DNA of 64,000 nucleotides from an uncultured Pseudobutyrivibrio sp. (GTDB lineage: Bacteria > Bacillota > Clostridia > Lachnospirales > Lachnospiraceae), in assembly GCA_902775195.1 (NCBI GenBank), contig CACYLQ010000001.1:21253-85252 (forward strand), in the 5' to 3' direction. This document shows, one piece after another, positions 20,859-32,025 of the stretch; position 1 is the stretch's first letter; the number at the start of each line of letters is the position of its first letter. The notes below the pieces were generated by a model. The model saw nothing but the letters and a program-made list of their open reading frames with translations, searched no databases and had not been told where the DNA came from. The position numbers were made by a program, and so were the translations under genes.

Positions 20859-20898
20859 AAAAAAATAAGCTAGACCAAACGGTCTAGCTTATTTTTTT
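20859..20898. terminator. Bidirectional intrinsic terminator after the tRNAs
   Basis: AAAAAAATAAGCTAGACC-AAAC-GGTCTAGCTTATTTTTTT perfect stem with A and T tails. Confidence 0.88.
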
Positions 20899-20910
20899 AT
20901 AGCAATATGT

Positions 20911-21036
20911 GGATTCAACTCAATCAAACCGCGGGGTTCCCGCGATGTCGAGGGGCGAGCGTGGTCCAGTGGACCACACGGTTGCGAGCCGACCGAGCCG
21001 GCAGGCGAGAGTCGAATCCCCCTTAGTTGGGGATTC
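20911..21036. mobile_element. GC-rich palindromic miniature element containing an interrupted copy of the tRNA-Met 3' half
   Basis: CCCGCGATGTCGAGGG (20939-54) and TCGAATCCCCCT (21012-23) match tRNA-Met CCCGCGGTGTCGAGGG-T-TCGAATCCCCCT. Internal hairpin GTGGTCCAGTGGACCAC; imperfect IR GGATTCAACT / AGTCGAATCC. Confidence 0.55.
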
Positions 21037-21234
21037 TGTCATAAGAGTAACGTGAAATGTGGGTTTGTGAGGAATCTTGTGACAGAAAAAGCCATGTTGA
21101 GCCAAAATCCTGTCACAAGGGCAACGAAAAAAGTGGGTTTGCAGGAGATGCTGTGACAGAAAAAGCCATGTTGAACCAAAATAATGTCACAAGGCCAACG
21201 GAAAATGTTTGTTTGCAAGCAGCTTTGTGACAGA
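21034..21234. repeat. Tandem array A: 3 units of a 74-bp repeat
   Basis: TGTCA(C/T) at 21037, 21111 and 21185 (74-bp period); core TGTCAC-A..AACG.AAA.GTGGGTTTG-N10-TGTGACAGA. Confidence 0.9.
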
Positions 21235-21283
21235 TAGATATGGTTAAGTGTAAATATGTGTTGGAAGTTTTTTATGTCAGTTA

Positions 21284-22063
21284 TCACAGCTGGCTATTTT
21301 TGATTCCCAGCATGCTAAGAGCAAGCTCGGCATCAGAAAATGAGAAAGGATTATTTCTTGATTCGAAAGTAAGTATAAGGTTCTCACCAGGGATAATGTG
21401 GTTGGCCTGGTATGTCTGAAGTTTTGAAAATGCTTTCCTGGCATAATCATTATTGTCCATCATTCCTAAATGCTCCCAATAAATAATATCGCCTGTGACT
21501 GGATGCTTTAATGTGAAATCAGGGTAGAACTTGATTCCATTCAAAATGAGTTCGCATTCATATCTGTAAGGAATAGCATTGCTTGAAAGTGCCATATCAA
21601 TAAAAACTTCTGATTTTGAGCGCACTAAATTACCTGAAGGACATTGAAAGGTCAATTGCTCAGGGTTCTTAGGATTTGAATTATATGATGATTGCCAATT
21701 AATTAAATCATCAGTGGGAATCTTGTTAAAGTAGGGTTTTAACAGATAGTCATATCCTTTGTCTTGCAATAATTCTTGAAGTTCAGAACGTGCAGCTTCA
21801 AAAGCTTTAGTGGAATCATTGTTGATAACATCAATCTGGGCAAGGATTAATGCTTTCTTAAGTTCAAGATATTTTTTCCTAGCAAGCTTTGTTGCAAAAG
21901 AATAATCTTTTTTGGAAATATATTGTCTAGTGGTGTTATTTAAATAAAACCATCTATGCCATTTTCCATTTGGATATACTAATAGATTACCTTTGGGGAG
22001 AGATAAAATCTCCTTTTCGATTTTATCTAATTCTTGATATAAATTTTTTAGATTATAATTCAT
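21284..22063 (-). CDS. Hypothetical protein with C-terminal PD-(D/E)XK / restriction-endonuclease-like domain
   Basis: 259-aa AT-rich ORF. C-terminal motifs VRSKSE, IPYRYE, YPDFTL, IIYWEHLGM fit a PD...E-x-x nuclease-type active site. N-terminal half is helical and basic. Confidence 0.72.
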   Translation of the reverse strand: MNYNLKNLYQELDKIEKEILSLPKGNLLVYPNGKWHRWFYLNNTTRQYISKKDYSFATKLARKKYLELKKALILAQIDVINNDSTKAFEAARSELQELLQDKGYDYLLKPYFNKIPTDDLINWQSSYNSNPKNPEQLTFQCPSGNLVRSKSEVFIDMALSSNAIPYRYECELILNGIKFYPDFTLKHPVTGDIIYWEHLGMMDNNDYARKAFSKLQTYQANHIIPGENLILTFESRNNPFSFSDAELALSMLGIKNSQL

Positions 22064-22109
22064 TAAATTTTTTTGTATGAAATAAAAAACGACGAAACCA
22101 GCAAATTAA

Positions 22110-22138
22110 AAAATATCATAGTAATGAATAATAGTCAA
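22110..22138 (-). promoter_or_regulatory. Candidate sigma-A promoter for the nuclease-like gene
   Basis: Minus strand TTGACT-N17-TATTTT with extended -10 TG, about 45 nt upstream of the ATG at 22063. Confidence 0.4.
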
Positions 22139-22229
22139 GAAAAAAGTTATATATAGATACGTGGATGAAATGCACATTAAATATATAACAATGCGAGAGG
22201 AGGAGATTCCATATTACAGTAGGTTATTT

Positions 22230-22610
22230 CAGAATCAATGAAATCCTGTCACAGGTGTAACGGAAAATGTGGGTTTGTAAGAAAGTTTGTGACAGAAACA
22301 AGCCAGAATCAGTGATATTCTGTCACAGGTGTAACGGAAAATGTGGGTTTGTGAGAAAGTTTGTGACAGAAATCAGGCGGAATCAATGAAATCCTGTCAC
22401 AGAGATAACGAAAAATGTGGGTTTGTGAAGAGGTTTGTGACAGAAAACAGCCAGAATCAGTGAAATTCTGTCACAGGTGTAACGGAAAATGTGGGTTTGT
22501 GAAGAGGTTTGTGACAGAAACAAGCCAGAATCAGTGAAATTCTGTCACAAGGGTAATGGAAAATGTGGGTTTGTGGGGATACTTGTGACAGAAACCCACC
22601 AGAAACAATG
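22230..22610. repeat. Tandem array B: 5 units (plus a partial) of the same 74-bp repeat family
   Basis: TGTCAC at 22247, 22321, 22395, 22469, 22543 (exact 74-bp period). Consensus CAGAATCARTGAAATYCTGTCACAGGTGTAACGGAAAATGTGGGTTTGT-N9-TGTGACAGAA-N6. Confidence 0.95.
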
Positions 22611-22660
22611 GCAGCATTTGGCACTGTGATACTATTGTGATGGCAATGGAGGAGAAAAAC

Positions 22661-23413
22661 ATGTATCAAAAAGGTTTAAAAGTGTTTAGAACATTATCTG
22701 CATTATCTCTTAGTGCAATCATTATCCTGTTGTCGGTTCCTATGGAATCAAATGCTGAAGAAACAGTTGTTTATTCTGCAGATGCATCAGATTTCGTGTT
22801 GTTAAGTGATGCTGTACCTGATGCAATTTTAGAAATCCGTTATTATTCTACTTATAATTTTATAGGAGATAGAATAGATGGCTATGAGGAGCCAGTGGCG
22901 CTACTTACAAAAGAAGCTGCTACAGCTTTAAAGGCAGCCAGTGATGAATTTGTAGCAAAGGGCTATAGATTAAAGATTTATGATGCCTATAGACCTCAGA
23001 TGGCAGTAACAAATTTTGTAGACTGGGCGCAGAATCCTAAGGATACGAGAATGAAACAGTATTTTTATCCAGAGCTTCAGAAGAATGTATTGTTCCCACA
23101 GGGATATATTGCTGAACATTCTGGCCATAGCCGTGGAAGCACTGTAGATCTTACTTTATTTGACATGCGAACAGAAAAGGAAGTTGATATGGGTGGAACC
23201 TTCGATTATTTTGGAGAGCTTAGTCATCCTGATTACACTGGTATCACTAAAGAACAGTATGCAAACCGTATGCTTTTAAGAGATGTTATGCTACGTCATG
23301 GCTTTAATCCATTAGCAGAAGAGTGGTGGCATTTTACTCTTGCGGATGAGCCATATACTAATACATACTTCACATTTCCTGTTAGCAAATCTTCTGTAAA
23401 AGAAAAATTATAA
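22661..23413 (+). CDS. ddpX: D-alanyl-D-alanine dipeptidase (peptidase M15D, VanX/DdpX-like) with N-terminal signal peptide
   Basis: IYDAYRP, SGHSRGSTVD, DMGGTFD, EEWWHF. RBS GGAGG before ATG 22661. Confidence 0.88.
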   Translation: MYQKGLKVFRTLSALSLSAIIILLSVPMESNAEETVVYSADASDFVLLSDAVPDAILEIRYYSTYNFIGDRIDGYEEPVALLTKEAATALKAASDEFVAKGYRLKIYDAYRPQMAVTNFVDWAQNPKDTRMKQYFYPELQKNVLFPQGYIAEHSGHSRGSTVDLTLFDMRTEKEVDMGGTFDYFGELSHPDYTGITKEQYANRMLLRDVMLRHGFNPLAEEWWHFTLADEPYTNTYFTFPVSKSSVKEKL

Positions 23414-23512
23414 AAAAATTGTGAAAAAAGCCTATAGATAAGCCTTTTCTTTTATAATTACAGTATCGAGGTTTGTGGGTAATAATCTACAGCATGTATT
23501 GGAGGGAAAGGA

Positions 23513-25103
23513 ATGAATAAAAAGAAAGGGACAATAGCACAGGCGTTAAATGGTTTTTCGTCATTTACTATCAAGCTGTTTCAAGGAATAACTTTGATAA
23601 TGGCAATATTCCTGGCCGTGATTTTTGTTAATATTTATAGCTTTTACAATGTTCAATTTGTGACTGAAACCTATCAGATGGAAATCAGAAAGGATGTGCA
23701 GACAATTAATAAGCGCTTGCTTTTAGCTGTCGCGTCTAATGATTCTGAGGTTACAGCTGCACAGAAGGAGGATTTGGAGGGAAGATTCCCAAAGATTGAG
23801 GGATATTTTTCAACTATCTCCAAGAACCTTAATAACGATACTTTAGGTGCTCAGCTTACAACTAACTGGAAGGCCTTTGAGGATGCTTCCTTTGAGATGT
23901 TGGCTTTAGTAGAAAATGGAGATTCTAAGAGCGCTTTAGAATATTATAATTCTACACTTAATGATGTATCAGAGACCTTAGCAGATTCTTTGGATGAAAC
24001 TGGTACACTTGCAGAAAAAGCAGCGGCCGGAAAGTATCGAACAATTCTTGTTATTATAGGCGCAGCAGTTGTTGTTTTACTTATAGGTCTTATTGTTATT
24101 ACAACAATTAATAAGAAAACGAGCAAAGCACTTATTAAAGAAATAGAAGAGGATTTGGACGTTCTTGCAAAGGCTACAGAAGAAATCGCTAAGGGCAATG
24201 TTCATGTAGATATTGATTATGATGCTGATAACGAAATTGGAAGAGTTGTAAATCAGCTTAGAACAGCAGTTGAATCGCTGATTTATTACATCGATGATAT
24301 TGGAAACAAGATGTCTACCATGGCACAGGGCAATTTTGATATTGCCTTTGATAGAGATTTTAATGGTGATTTTAGAGATATCCAGAATGCAATCGAATCA
24401 TTTTCACAGCAGATATCTGATTCTATGACGGAGATTATGGAAGTATCTGATATGGTATCAGATGGTGCTAACCAGATCGCTGGCGCAGGACAAAACCTTG
24501 CAGATACAGTTACATCTCAGGCAAATATCGTTGACGATTTGTCAGTTACAGTAAATAGAATTACAGATCAGATTTCTAACAGCTCTACAGATGCTACAAC
24601 AATTTCAAAAGAGGTTGAGGTGGTTGCAGAAAATATTGTAGAAGGCAATAAGAGGATGCAGGAAAACTAACCTGTTGTCACTGAATGCTTCTATTGAAGC
24701 GGCAAGAGCTGGTGAGGCAGGAAAGGGCTTTGCAGTTGTTGCAGGAGAGGTTTCAAAGCTGGCAGGACAGACTGTGGAGGCAGCTCAGGATACAGCAGAG
24801 CTTATTAACGCTTCCCTAAGAAACGTAGAAATTGGTATTTCTATAGCAAATGATACAGCCACAAAGCTTAATGACATGGTTGACCAGGTTCAGGGAATTG
24901 CAGGCAAGGTTAAATCCATTGCAGAGGCATCTAATACACAGGCTGAATCAGTTAAGGAAATGTCAAATGACATTGGTGAGATTTCTTCTGTTGGACAGAA
25001 CAATGCAGCTACATCAGAGGAGTCACTTGCATTAAGCTACGAGATGAACGAGCATGCTAATTCACTTAAGGGATTAGTTGAAAAGTTTAATCTTAAAAGA
25101 TAA
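23513..25103 (+). pseudogene. Methyl-accepting chemotaxis protein disrupted by an internal deletion/frameshift (fragments 23513-24670 and about 24665-25103)
   Basis: Frame 1 ends ...GNKRMQEN*. The shifted frame resumes [26 protein letters not shown], and the usual segment of roughly 25-30 aa before QTNLL is missing. Confidence 0.8.
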
Positions 25104-25123
25104 ATAAGAATAATCTATTAGAG

Positions 25124-25153
25124 TAGAGGGCCGAATCATAGGCCCTCTATTTT
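25124..25153 (+). terminator. Intrinsic terminator
   Basis: TAGAGGGCC-N8-GGCCCTCTA-TTTT. Confidence 0.75.
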
Positions 25154-25189
25154 ATATAAAAAATTTTTCTAATTCTCTATTTAAAATTC

Positions 25190-25241
25190 TTGACGATTTT
25201 ACATAGTTCTGTTAATCTACTTATGGTTAGCAATAGCTAAC
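25190..25241 (+). promoter_or_regulatory. eno promoter with downstream palindromic operator candidate
   Basis: TTGACG-N17-TAATCT (extended -10 TG), then perfect palindrome GTTAGC-AATA-GCTAAC at 25226-25241. Confidence 0.5.
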
Positions 25242-25319
25242 TAATGTGTAAATCATTGTGGAACTCCTTATATTGTTGCTACCAATTGGGAGTTCCCAAA
25301 TTTAAGAAGGAGGAAGTAA

Positions 25320-26621
<1,302 letters not shown>

Positions 26622-26633
26622 TTAATTAAGCTG

Positions 26634-26670
26634 ATAGACCTTTATCTTATGGATAAAGGTCTATTTTTTT
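26634..26670 (+). terminator. Intrinsic terminator of eno
   Basis: ATAGACCTTTATC-N5-GATAAAGGTCTAT-TTTTTT. Confidence 0.85.
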
Positions 26671-26774
26671 GTGATGAATATTACATAAAAGTTACGATTA
26701 TGTTGCGAAATACTCAAAATGTTGATAAAATGAATTTATGGGGAAATCATTACATGAAAAGGGAGAAAATGTAA

Positions 26775-28586
<1,812 letters not shown>

Positions 28587-28613
28587 TAAATAATGACGAT
28601 TTCCCCGAAAATC

Positions 28614-28644
28614 AGACCTGAGCTTAGGCTTAGGTCTTTTTTTT
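28614..28644 (+). terminator. Intrinsic terminator
   Basis: AGACCTGAGC-TTAG-GCTTAGGTCT followed by a T run. Confidence 0.8.
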
Positions 28645-28710
28645 AACATTTTTATCATAAAGGGGTGCTAGAATTATTGCATCTTAAAAAAACGAGGAGG
28701 TTGTAGTTAA

Positions 28711-30249
28711 ATGGGTAATAAAAAGTCTGCTTTCGAAGTGTATTTATCAGCTGTATTTAAATGGGGCATAATAGCTTTGACAGGTGCATGTATGTTTGCT
28801 ACGTGTATGTTTATTACTGAAAAATTGATTGGTTTTTACAAAGATATGTCCTGGGGAGCTGTAATTTGCTTCGCTATTATGGATATTTGTTTTTTATTTA
28901 TAGGTATGTTTATCTTAAAGATGTCATTTGATGAGGATGGGTATCTAATAGATGGCAAATTACAGTTAGGAAAAGTTTATTGTTCTTTAGTCCTTATTAT
29001 TCAGTGGACATATATTGTATTTATGTGCCCTACAAGAAATTTCTGGGGCTTTTTGGCATTCTTTTTAACCTTGATTGGATTTTTCTTAGATATTAAACAG
29101 TTATTAATTACAGGTATAGTTTGCATTGTTACATTAATAAGTGGTTGGATTGTTCGTGGAAGTGCTTTATTACCTGCTAAAGATGAACTGTATGTTACAG
29201 ATATTATAATGTGCATCGTTGGTCTGACAATTTCATTGGCTGGCATATCATTATTTGTATTCTTTGTTTCATATTTCCTTGTTAATGCAAAAAAGGATGA
29301 GTTGGAAGAAAACAATAGAAGAGTTGTGGGAGTAATGGATGCAGTAAAAATTATATCCGAAAAGATGGTCACAGCTGGTTCAGCACTTTTGGATATTGCT
29401 TCTAATGAAAGCGCTTCAGCTGAAGAGTTGTCTGCTACAAGTGACGATTTGGTAGAAAGTAGTAATCTTCTTGGAACTAAGGCAGATGAAAGTATGAACA
29501 ATCTCTCTGAATTAAGTGATTGTGAGAACATAGTCGAGGAAAACGTTGGAAAAGTTGAAATAACCTCAGATAATCTACTTATTAAATCTAATGAAAATGA
29601 GAAATCTCTCAATGATTTGCAGGGAATAAATACAGAAGTATCAGATTCAATGGCAACAACAACGGATGTGGCTGAAAGATTATCAGTTGCTGTTGAAGAA
29701 ATTGGTACAACATTAGAATTGATTCAGGGGATATCTTCTTCAATCAGTCTTTTAGCATTGAATGCATCTATTGAAGCTGCAAGAGCTGGTGAAGCAGGAA
29801 AGGGCTTTGCTGTTGTTGCTACAGAAGTTGGTAAACTAGCAGAAAGTACATCGAGCTCATTAAATGATGTAGGAGCTGTAATAGACAGGGTACAACTGAA
29901 TGTAAAAGAGATTACAACTCAGGTAGAAAATAATGCATCAAAGCTTGAAGAGCAAAATGAACAGTTCAAGAAGGTATTTGATGATATTAGAGATATGAGC
30001 GGTATGTTGAGAGAGTCTGTGGATGCTGTAAATGAAATGAATACAGCAATTAAACGACAGGCTGATATCATCAGACAAACAGTTGATATAAATCAAAATA
30101 TCGCTGAAAGTATTCGAGATGAAAATGAACAATTTATATCAATCAGAGCGATGGCAGAAAGTAATGCAAAAAATACTGAAGAGGTTGCCGTACAAGCTAA
30201 AACAATAAACGAAATGGTGGATGAAATAAATCGACTGTTAAATAGTTAG
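28711..30249 (+). CDS. Methyl-accepting chemotaxis protein with multi-TM sensor
   Basis: About 6 TM helices, then [24 protein letters not shown]. Confidence 0.9.
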   Translation: MGNKKSAFEVYLSAVFKWGIIALTGACMFATCMFITEKLIGFYKDMSWGAVICFAIMDICFLFIGMFILKMSFDEDGYLIDGKLQLGKVYCSLVLIIQWTYIVFMCPTRNFWGFLAFFLTLIGFFLDIKQLLITGIVCIVTLISGWIVRGSALLPAKDELYVTDIIMCIVGLTISLAGISLFVFFVSYFLVNAKKDELEENNRRVVGVMDAVKIISEKMVTAGSALLDIASNESASAEELSATSDDLVESSNLLGTKADESMNNLSELSDCENIVEENVGKVEITSDNLLIKSNENEKSLNDLQGINTEVSDSMATTTDVAERLSVAVEEIGTTLELIQGISSSISLLALNASIEAARAGEAGKGFAVVATEVGKLAESTSSSLNDVGAVIDRVQLNVKEITTQVENNASKLEEQNEQFKKVFDDIRDMSGMLRESVDAVNEMNTAIKRQADIIRQTVDINQNIAESIRDENEQFISIRAMAESNAKNTEEVAVQAKTINEMVDEINRLLNS

Positions 30250-30290
30250 AAGATTTGGTTCATCAGGGTGGTTGAATATATTACAAAAAT

Positions 30291-30324
30291 AATCGCAGTC
30301 TATTAATTAGACTGCGATTTTTTA
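30291..30324. terminator. Intrinsic terminator
   Basis: AATCGCAGTCTA-TTAAT-TAGACTGCGATT-TTTT. Confidence 0.8.
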
Positions 30325-30368
30325 TTAAATCTAGTATAATGATTAGGAAGCTAAATTTAGGAGGCAAT

Positions 30369-31178
30369 ATGAAAAAGAAATTAGTATCTATTTTATTAAT
30401 ATTATCGGTAGGAAGCGTATGCATGGCATGTGGCTTGGAGCAGGCCACAGACAACGGACCAAAGTCTCTTTTAGGAGGTTCTAAGGATGTAGAAGAAACT
30501 ACAGGCGATGAAGAAAACAATGATGATGTAAAAATAGAGGTAGTGGAAGGCTATAGCTATTCCGATGAATACAAGGCAGCTTTTGAAGCAGATGACAGAG
30601 CAGGTGCTAATTATAAAAAGTCAGGAGATGCTGAGATTTCAGAATTTGAAAGCTGGCAGGAAGCATATAAGTCTTTGATTGAAGACTGTGAAAATGACGA
30701 AATGGAGCATAGCTATTCCCTTATTTATGTAGATGATGATAATGTGCCGGAGCTTGTTTATACAACTATTAACAATCAGCTTGCAATTGCTACATTTACA
30801 AATCCTACAGTGAATATTTTCTCAAGTCAGATAGAGGATATTAAATATATCAAAGGAAAGAATAGCCTTATCGCCCACGAAAACATTGTGGCAGCTTCTA
30901 CATTAAATGATTATGTGGTAGCTATAAAGGATGGCTTCTTTATCCAGCTTGCTTATGGTTCTAGTAGACCTTTAGATGTTTGGGCAGAGGATAGCTTTGA
31001 TGAAAATGGTGACCCAATCATTTCTTACTGGGAAGTTAATGAACAAGAGCTTTCAAGCCAGGAAGAATATGATGAGACAATTAATAAGTATATTGATACA
31101 AAGCTTGTTGTTGATGGCTTCGAAAATGGTGGAGAATCAGCAGATGATATCATTGCAAAGATTGATTCAATGGAGTAG
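30369..31178 (+). CDS. Hypothetical acidic lipoprotein
   Basis: MKKK-hydrophobic-MAC lipobox-like signal; YSLIYVDDDNVPELV motif; RBS AGGAGG. Confidence 0.7.
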   Translation: MKKKLVSILLILSVGSVCMACGLEQATDNGPKSLLGGSKDVEETTGDEENNDDVKIEVVEGYSYSDEYKAAFEADDRAGANYKKSGDAEISEFESWQEAYKSLIEDCENDEMEHSYSLIYVDDDNVPELVYTTINNQLAIATFTNPTVNIFSSQIEDIKYIKGKNSLIAHENIVAASTLNDYVVAIKDGFFIQLAYGSSRPLDVWAEDSFDENGDPIISYWEVNEQELSSQEEYDETINKYIDTKLVVDGFENGGESADDIIAKIDSME

Positions 31179-31180
31179 AC

Positions 31181-31927
31181 ATGCTTAAAGACAAGGACAT
31201 AAGAGAGCCTTTGTTTGATTATCTTGAGTGTGAATATGGTAAAACCAGGATAATCGAAGAAAAGATGATGGGAAGCTCCAGGGCTGATGTAATTATGGTA
31301 ATTACAGGAGCACTTGTGGGTATCGAGATTAAATCTGATGCTGACACATACACACGTCTTGAAAGTCAGATAAAGGATTACGATAAATATTTCGATTACA
31401 ATATAGTAGTGGTTGGAAGCAGCCATGCTAACCATGTGGGAGAGCATATCCCTGAGCATTGGGGAATAATCACTGTAGATGAAGTGGAAAAACAGTGTGA
31501 CTTTTATTTCCTAAGAAGGCCTGAGCTTAACAAAAAGATGAGGCTAAATCGAAAGCTGGAGCTTTTATGGCGCCCTGAGTTGGCAGCCCTTCAGGAAATG
31601 TATAATATGCCAAAGTACAATGGAAAGAGTAAGGCATTTGTCAGAAAGACTTTGATTGAATGGACTAAGCTTCCACCTACTCAGGCAGAAATTACCCGCA
31701 TTAAAAGGGCAGCAAAGGCTGAAGGGGTAGACCCCTTCATACCTGATACAAGAATAAATGCAACTGATTTAAACAAACAGATAAGCGAGCTATTATTCGA
31801 GAGGGATTATGAAAAATTACTTGAGGAAATTGCGGCTTATAGAAAAGAACATACGCCAAGAAGGCGAGGTCCTAAGAAGTCCACCAAGGTGAGACGTATT
31901 AGGCGTATGGCCAAAATTAACAAATAA
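31181..31927 (+). CDS. sce7726-family (PD-(D/E)XK-like) protein
   Basis: IIEE....SRADVI....GIEIKSDADTYTRLESQIKDYDKYFD...VV...H...WGI pattern; basic C-terminal tail. Confidence 0.65.
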   Translation: MLKDKDIREPLFDYLECEYGKTRIIEEKMMGSSRADVIMVITGALVGIEIKSDADTYTRLESQIKDYDKYFDYNIVVVGSSHANHVGEHIPEHWGIITVDEVEKQCDFYFLRRPELNKKMRLNRKLELLWRPELAALQEMYNMPKYNGKSKAFVRKTLIEWTKLPPTQAEITRIKRAAKAEGVDPFIPDTRINATDLNKQISELLFERDYEKLLEEIAAYRKEHTPRRRGPKKSTKVRRIRRMAKINK

Positions 31928-32025
31928 TATATTAAGGAGTATCTGATTTTTTATAATTAGATACTTTTTTTATAAAATAATTGTGATATAATGTATAAAA
32001 ATACATCGTAAGAGGATAAATATAC

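Noticed and set aside
20920-21287. ORFs 20920-21105 and 21039-21287 (minus), and 22457-22669 (minus)
   Set aside because: They run through non-triplet repeats or the palindromic element and lack an RBS; treated as spurious.
22230-22610. CRISPR array
   Set aside because: Units are similar along their whole 74 bp with no unique ~30-nt spacers, and no cas genes are in the window.
21034-22610. TIGR-Tas array (9-nt variable segments)
   Set aside because: The period is 74 rather than about 36 nt, the variable 9-mers are related to each other, no box C/D-like motifs are evident, and the adjacent protein shows no recognisable Nop domain.
20783-22610. Prophage/ICE integrated at tRNA-Met
   Set aside because: No integrase or other mobility gene, and the tRNA 3' copy lies only about 80 bp from the tRNA rather than at the far end of an island.
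22661-23413. Vancomycin resistance locus
   Set aside because: A lone VanX-like gene with no vanH, vanA/B ligase or vanRS nearby.
24655-24680. Programmed frameshift or phase-variable tract in the MCP
   Set aside because: No long homopolymer or slippery heptamer, and conserved residues are missing, so a frameshift alone would not restore the protein.
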